A stretch of 64,000 nucleotides of DNA from a candidate division FCPU426 bacterium. Lineage in GTDB: Bacteria; Oederibacteriota; Muellerivitia; Muellerivitales; Muellerivitaceae. Every line of letters starts with the position of its first letter. The stretch's first letter is position 1. The position numbers and the translations under genes were made by a program. Below, one piece after another: positions 61,266 through 64,000 of this stretch. The DNA lies in NCBI GenBank assembly GCA_027452205.1, contig DAIDGV010000003.1:201399-265398 (forward strand). The letters run 5' to 3'. The notes below the pieces were generated by a model. The model was not told the DNA's origin, ran no database searches, and saw only the letters and a list, made by a program, of their open reading frames with translations.

Positions 61266-62417
61266 ATGAAGCGTTGGCCTTTCCTGTTGCTGGCCCTGGC
61301 CGTTATCGGCTGCGGCCCGGCCGGCCCTGAGCCGAACAACAACCTGGCCCCCACCCCGCCTATGGGCTGGAACTCCTGGAATAAATTCGCCTGCAACATC
61401 AACGAAAAGCTTATCCGTGAGATCGCGGACGCCATGGTCACCACCGGCATGAAGGATGCCGGTTACCAGTACGTCATCATCGACGATTGTTGGCAGCTTC
61501 CCCGCCGAGAGAACGGCCATCTGATGGCCGATCCCGATAGCTTCCCCGGCGGCATCAAAGCCCTGGCCGATTATGTCCACGCCAAAGGGCTGAAATTAGG
61601 CCTATATAGTGACCGGGGCCTTCGGACCTGCCAGAACAAGGCTGGTTCCCACGACCACGAAACGACCGACGCCCAGGACTTTGCCGCCTGGGGCGTAGAT
61701 TACGTGAAATATGACAATTGCAATCCGGCTTTTCTGTCGAACCAAGAAGCTGATTTCCGCCGGATGCGGGAATGCTTGAACAACTGCGGCCGTCCCATCG
61801 TTTTCAGTATTTGTTGTTGGGGTTTTGGAGATTGGATGCCTGCCGTAGGAGACCTATGGCGCACGACCGGGGATATCACGGATAAATGGGGACGCATGGT
61901 GGAGCTGATCGACACCAACGAGCAATACGCCAACCTCAGCGCCCCTTCCCACTGGAACGATCCGGACATGCTGGAGATCGGCAATGGCGGCATGACCGAT
62001 GTGGAATACCGTTCCCAATTCAGTCTGTGGGCCATCATGGCGGCACCCCTGATCGCGGGCAACGACCTGCGTCAAATGAGCAAAGCCACCCTGGAAACCC
62101 TGACCAACAAAGAGGTCATCGCGGTCGACCAGGACCCGCTGGGGGCCCAAGGCACCATGGTCGAATCCAGCGACAAAGACTTGCTTGTTTATGCGAAGAA
62201 TTTGAAAGATGCCGGACAAAAAGCAGTGGTTTTGTTTAACAGAACGGACAGCGGAAGCCCCATGACCGTTCATTGGGGCAAGATCGGCCTAGCCCCTGGC
62301 ACAGCCCAAGTGCGGGACCTTTGGGCCCATAAGGAATTAGGAAAGTTCAAAGATAGTTACAAGGTCTATGTACCCAGCCACGCGACGGTCCTTGTAAAGG
62401 TTACCACGCTCAACTAG
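61266..62417 (+). CDS. GH27 alpha-galactosidase-like lipoprotein
   Basis: TPPMGWNSWN, IDDCW, YVKYDNC, WRTTGDI and WNDPDML; LAVIG-C lipobox-like. Confidence 0.92.
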   Translation: MKRWPFLLLALAVIGCGPAGPEPNNNLAPTPPMGWNSWNKFACNINEKLIREIADAMVTTGMKDAGYQYVIIDDCWQLPRRENGHLMADPDSFPGGIKALADYVHAKGLKLGLYSDRGLRTCQNKAGSHDHETTDAQDFAAWGVDYVKYDNCNPAFLSNQEADFRRMRECLNNCGRPIVFSICCWGFGDWMPAVGDLWRTTGDITDKWGRMVELIDTNEQYANLSAPSHWNDPDMLEIGNGGMTDVEYRSQFSLWAIMAAPLIAGNDLRQMSKATLETLTNKEVIAVDQDPLGAQGTMVESSDKDLLVYAKNLKDAGQKAVVLFNRTDSGSPMTVHWGKIGLAPGTAQVRDLWAHKELGKFKDSYKVYVPSHATVLVKVTTLN

Positions 62418-62418
62418 C

Positions 62419-64000
62419 TCAGGGCACTTCGAACCAGGTCACCGAAAGAGGTGGTAAGGAGAGCACTAGCGAATAGGGCAATCCGTGGTGCCCCTCGTAA
62501 TGGGAATGGACACCCCCGCCATTGCCATAGTTGCTGCCGCCATAATGATGGGAATCGGTATTAAGGATCTCGCTATAGTGTCCCGCCTTGGGCACCCCCA
62601 CCCGGTAACCGTGCCGGATAACGGGAGAGAAATTGCCTACCACCAACACCTGCCGGCCCGTCGCGGGCGCTTTGCGCAAAAAGGCCACGATATTCTCGTC
62701 CCCATTATTCGCGTCGATCCACTGGAAGCCTGAAGGATCCACATCGGCTTCCCAGAAAGCCGGATTCTCCTGATAAATGGCGTTCAATTGCCGGACCAAG
62801 TCCTGGGTGCGCCAATGGTCCGCCCATTGGGTCAAATGCCAGTCCAAACTTTTGTCGTTGTTCCATTCCCGGAACTGTCCGAATTCACTGCCCATAAAGA
62901 GCAGTTTCTTGCCTGGGTGGGACCACATATAGGCCAGCAGCGCCCGCAAGTTAGCGAACTTCTGCCAACGGTCCCCCGGCATCTTGTCGATCAGGGAGCA
63001 CTTTCCATGCACCACCTCATCATGGGAGATGGGCAGGATAAAATTCTCGCTCCAAGCATAGAGAAAACCAAAGGTCAAGTTGTTGTGGTCGTAGCGCCGG
63101 TAGATTGGGTCCCGGCTGAAGTAATGCAGGGTGTCGTGCATCCAACCCATGTTCCACTTAAACCCAAAACCTAATCCACCCGTATAGGTCGGACGGCTGA
63201 CACCGGGCCAGGCAGTGGATTCCTCGGCGATGATGAGTGCCCCCGGGAACTGGGCATGGGCCACTTCGTTCAGTTGTTTGAGGAAACGGATAGCGTCCAG
63301 GTTCTCCCGGCCCCCAAACTCATTCGGCACCCATTCCCCTTCTTTACGGCTGTAGTCCAGGTAAAGCATCGAGGCCACCGCGTCCAAACGCAGCCCGTCC
63401 ACGTGATATTCGGAGAGCCAATAGAGGGCGTTCGACAGAAGGAAGTTCCTCACCTCATTGCGGCCAAAATTGAAGACGTAAGTACCCCAATCAGGGTGTT
63501 CCCCTTGCCGGGGGTCTAAATGTTCATAAAGGGCTGTGCCATCGAACCGTCCCAAAGAGAAGGCATCCTTAGGAAAATGAGCAGGCACCCAATCCAAAAT
63601 GACACCGATGCCATTTCGATGCAGATGGTCCACAAGGAATTTGAAATCGTCCGGGCTACCGAACCGGGCGGTGGGTGCGTAATAAGAAGTTACCTGATAG
63701 CCCCAAGACCCGCCAAAGGGATGCTCCATGATCGGCATGAACTCCACATGGGTGAAGCCCAGGTCCTTTACGTACTCGGCTAATTGATAGGCCATTTCCC
63801 GATAGGTCAAAGGCCGGTCGCCTTCCTCGGGCACCCGGCGCCAGGACTCGAGATGGACCTCATAGATGGCCAAGGGCCGGTTGAAAGTATCGTGATGGCG
63901 CCGGGCTTCCATCCAATCGTCATCGAGGAATTGATAGGTCGATCGGTTGAGAACTGAAGCTGTCAGGGGCGGCTTTTCGGTAGCGAAAGCAAAAGGATCG
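62419..64000 (-). CDS. glgB: 1,4-alpha-glucan branching enzyme (5' part outside the window)
   Basis: [31 protein letters not shown] and SHDEVVHGK. Confidence 0.95.
   Translation of the reverse strand, partial: DPFAFATEKPPLTASVLNRSTYQFLDDDWMEARRHHDTFNRPLAIYEVHLESWRRVPEEGDRPLTYREMAYQLAEYVKDLGFTHVEFMPIMEHPFGGSWGYQVTSYYAPTARFGSPDDFKFLVDHLHRNGIGVILDWVPAHFPKDAFSLGRFDGTALYEHLDPRQGEHPDWGTYVFNFGRNEVRNFLLSNALYWLSEYHVDGLRLDAVASMLYLDYSRKEGEWVPNEFGGRENLDAIRFLKQLNEVAHAQFPGALIIAEESTAWPGVSRPTYTGGLGFGFKWNMGWMHDTLHYFSRDPIYRRYDHNNLTFGFLYAWSENFILPISHDEVVHGKCSLIDKMPGDRWQKFANLRALLAYMWSHPGKKLLFMGSEFGQFREWNNDKSLDWHLTQWADHWRTQDLVRQLNAIYQENPAFWEADVDPSGFQWIDANNGDENIVAFLRKAPATGRQVLVVGNFSPVIRHGYRVGVPKAGHYSEILNTDSHHYGGSNYGNGGGVHSHYEGHHGLPYSLVLSLPPLSVTWFEVP

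Overview
Chromosomal window from a diderm (lipid A-producing) bacterium of moderate GC, densely coding and mostly on the minus strand. Housekeeping blocks: gap-pgk; lptFG convergent with skp-lpxD-lpxC/fabZ-lpxA-lpxI; tmRNA; cysM and a JAB/Mec peptidase; eno; nrdR-argB-topA; dprA; nadC-birA-coaX; valS; accA; a partial glgB. Accessory features of note: (1) an apparent LytS-LytTR-SprA-like translocon-Fn3/FlgD-Ig protein-comF operon, resembling a T9SS module, with no T9SS motor genes in the window; (2) a 2.6-kb Rhs-CT/immunity/PQQ-fragment insert between two divergent copies of the first 32 codons of nadC, with the toxin fragment fused in frame to the upstream nadC start; (3) a 5-PAS kinase/NtrC pair followed by tandem palindromes and a sigma54 promoter before cheX-like/cheW; (4) a degenerate copy of the tmRNA 3' end; (5) AT-rich genes inside the cysM operon, including an NDT/TIR-like protein; (6) a PilT-TPR fusion and a DUF2723 pair. 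No CRISPR array, rRNA, standard tRNA, integrase or transposase was seen. All calls come from reading motifs by eye; no database searches were run.
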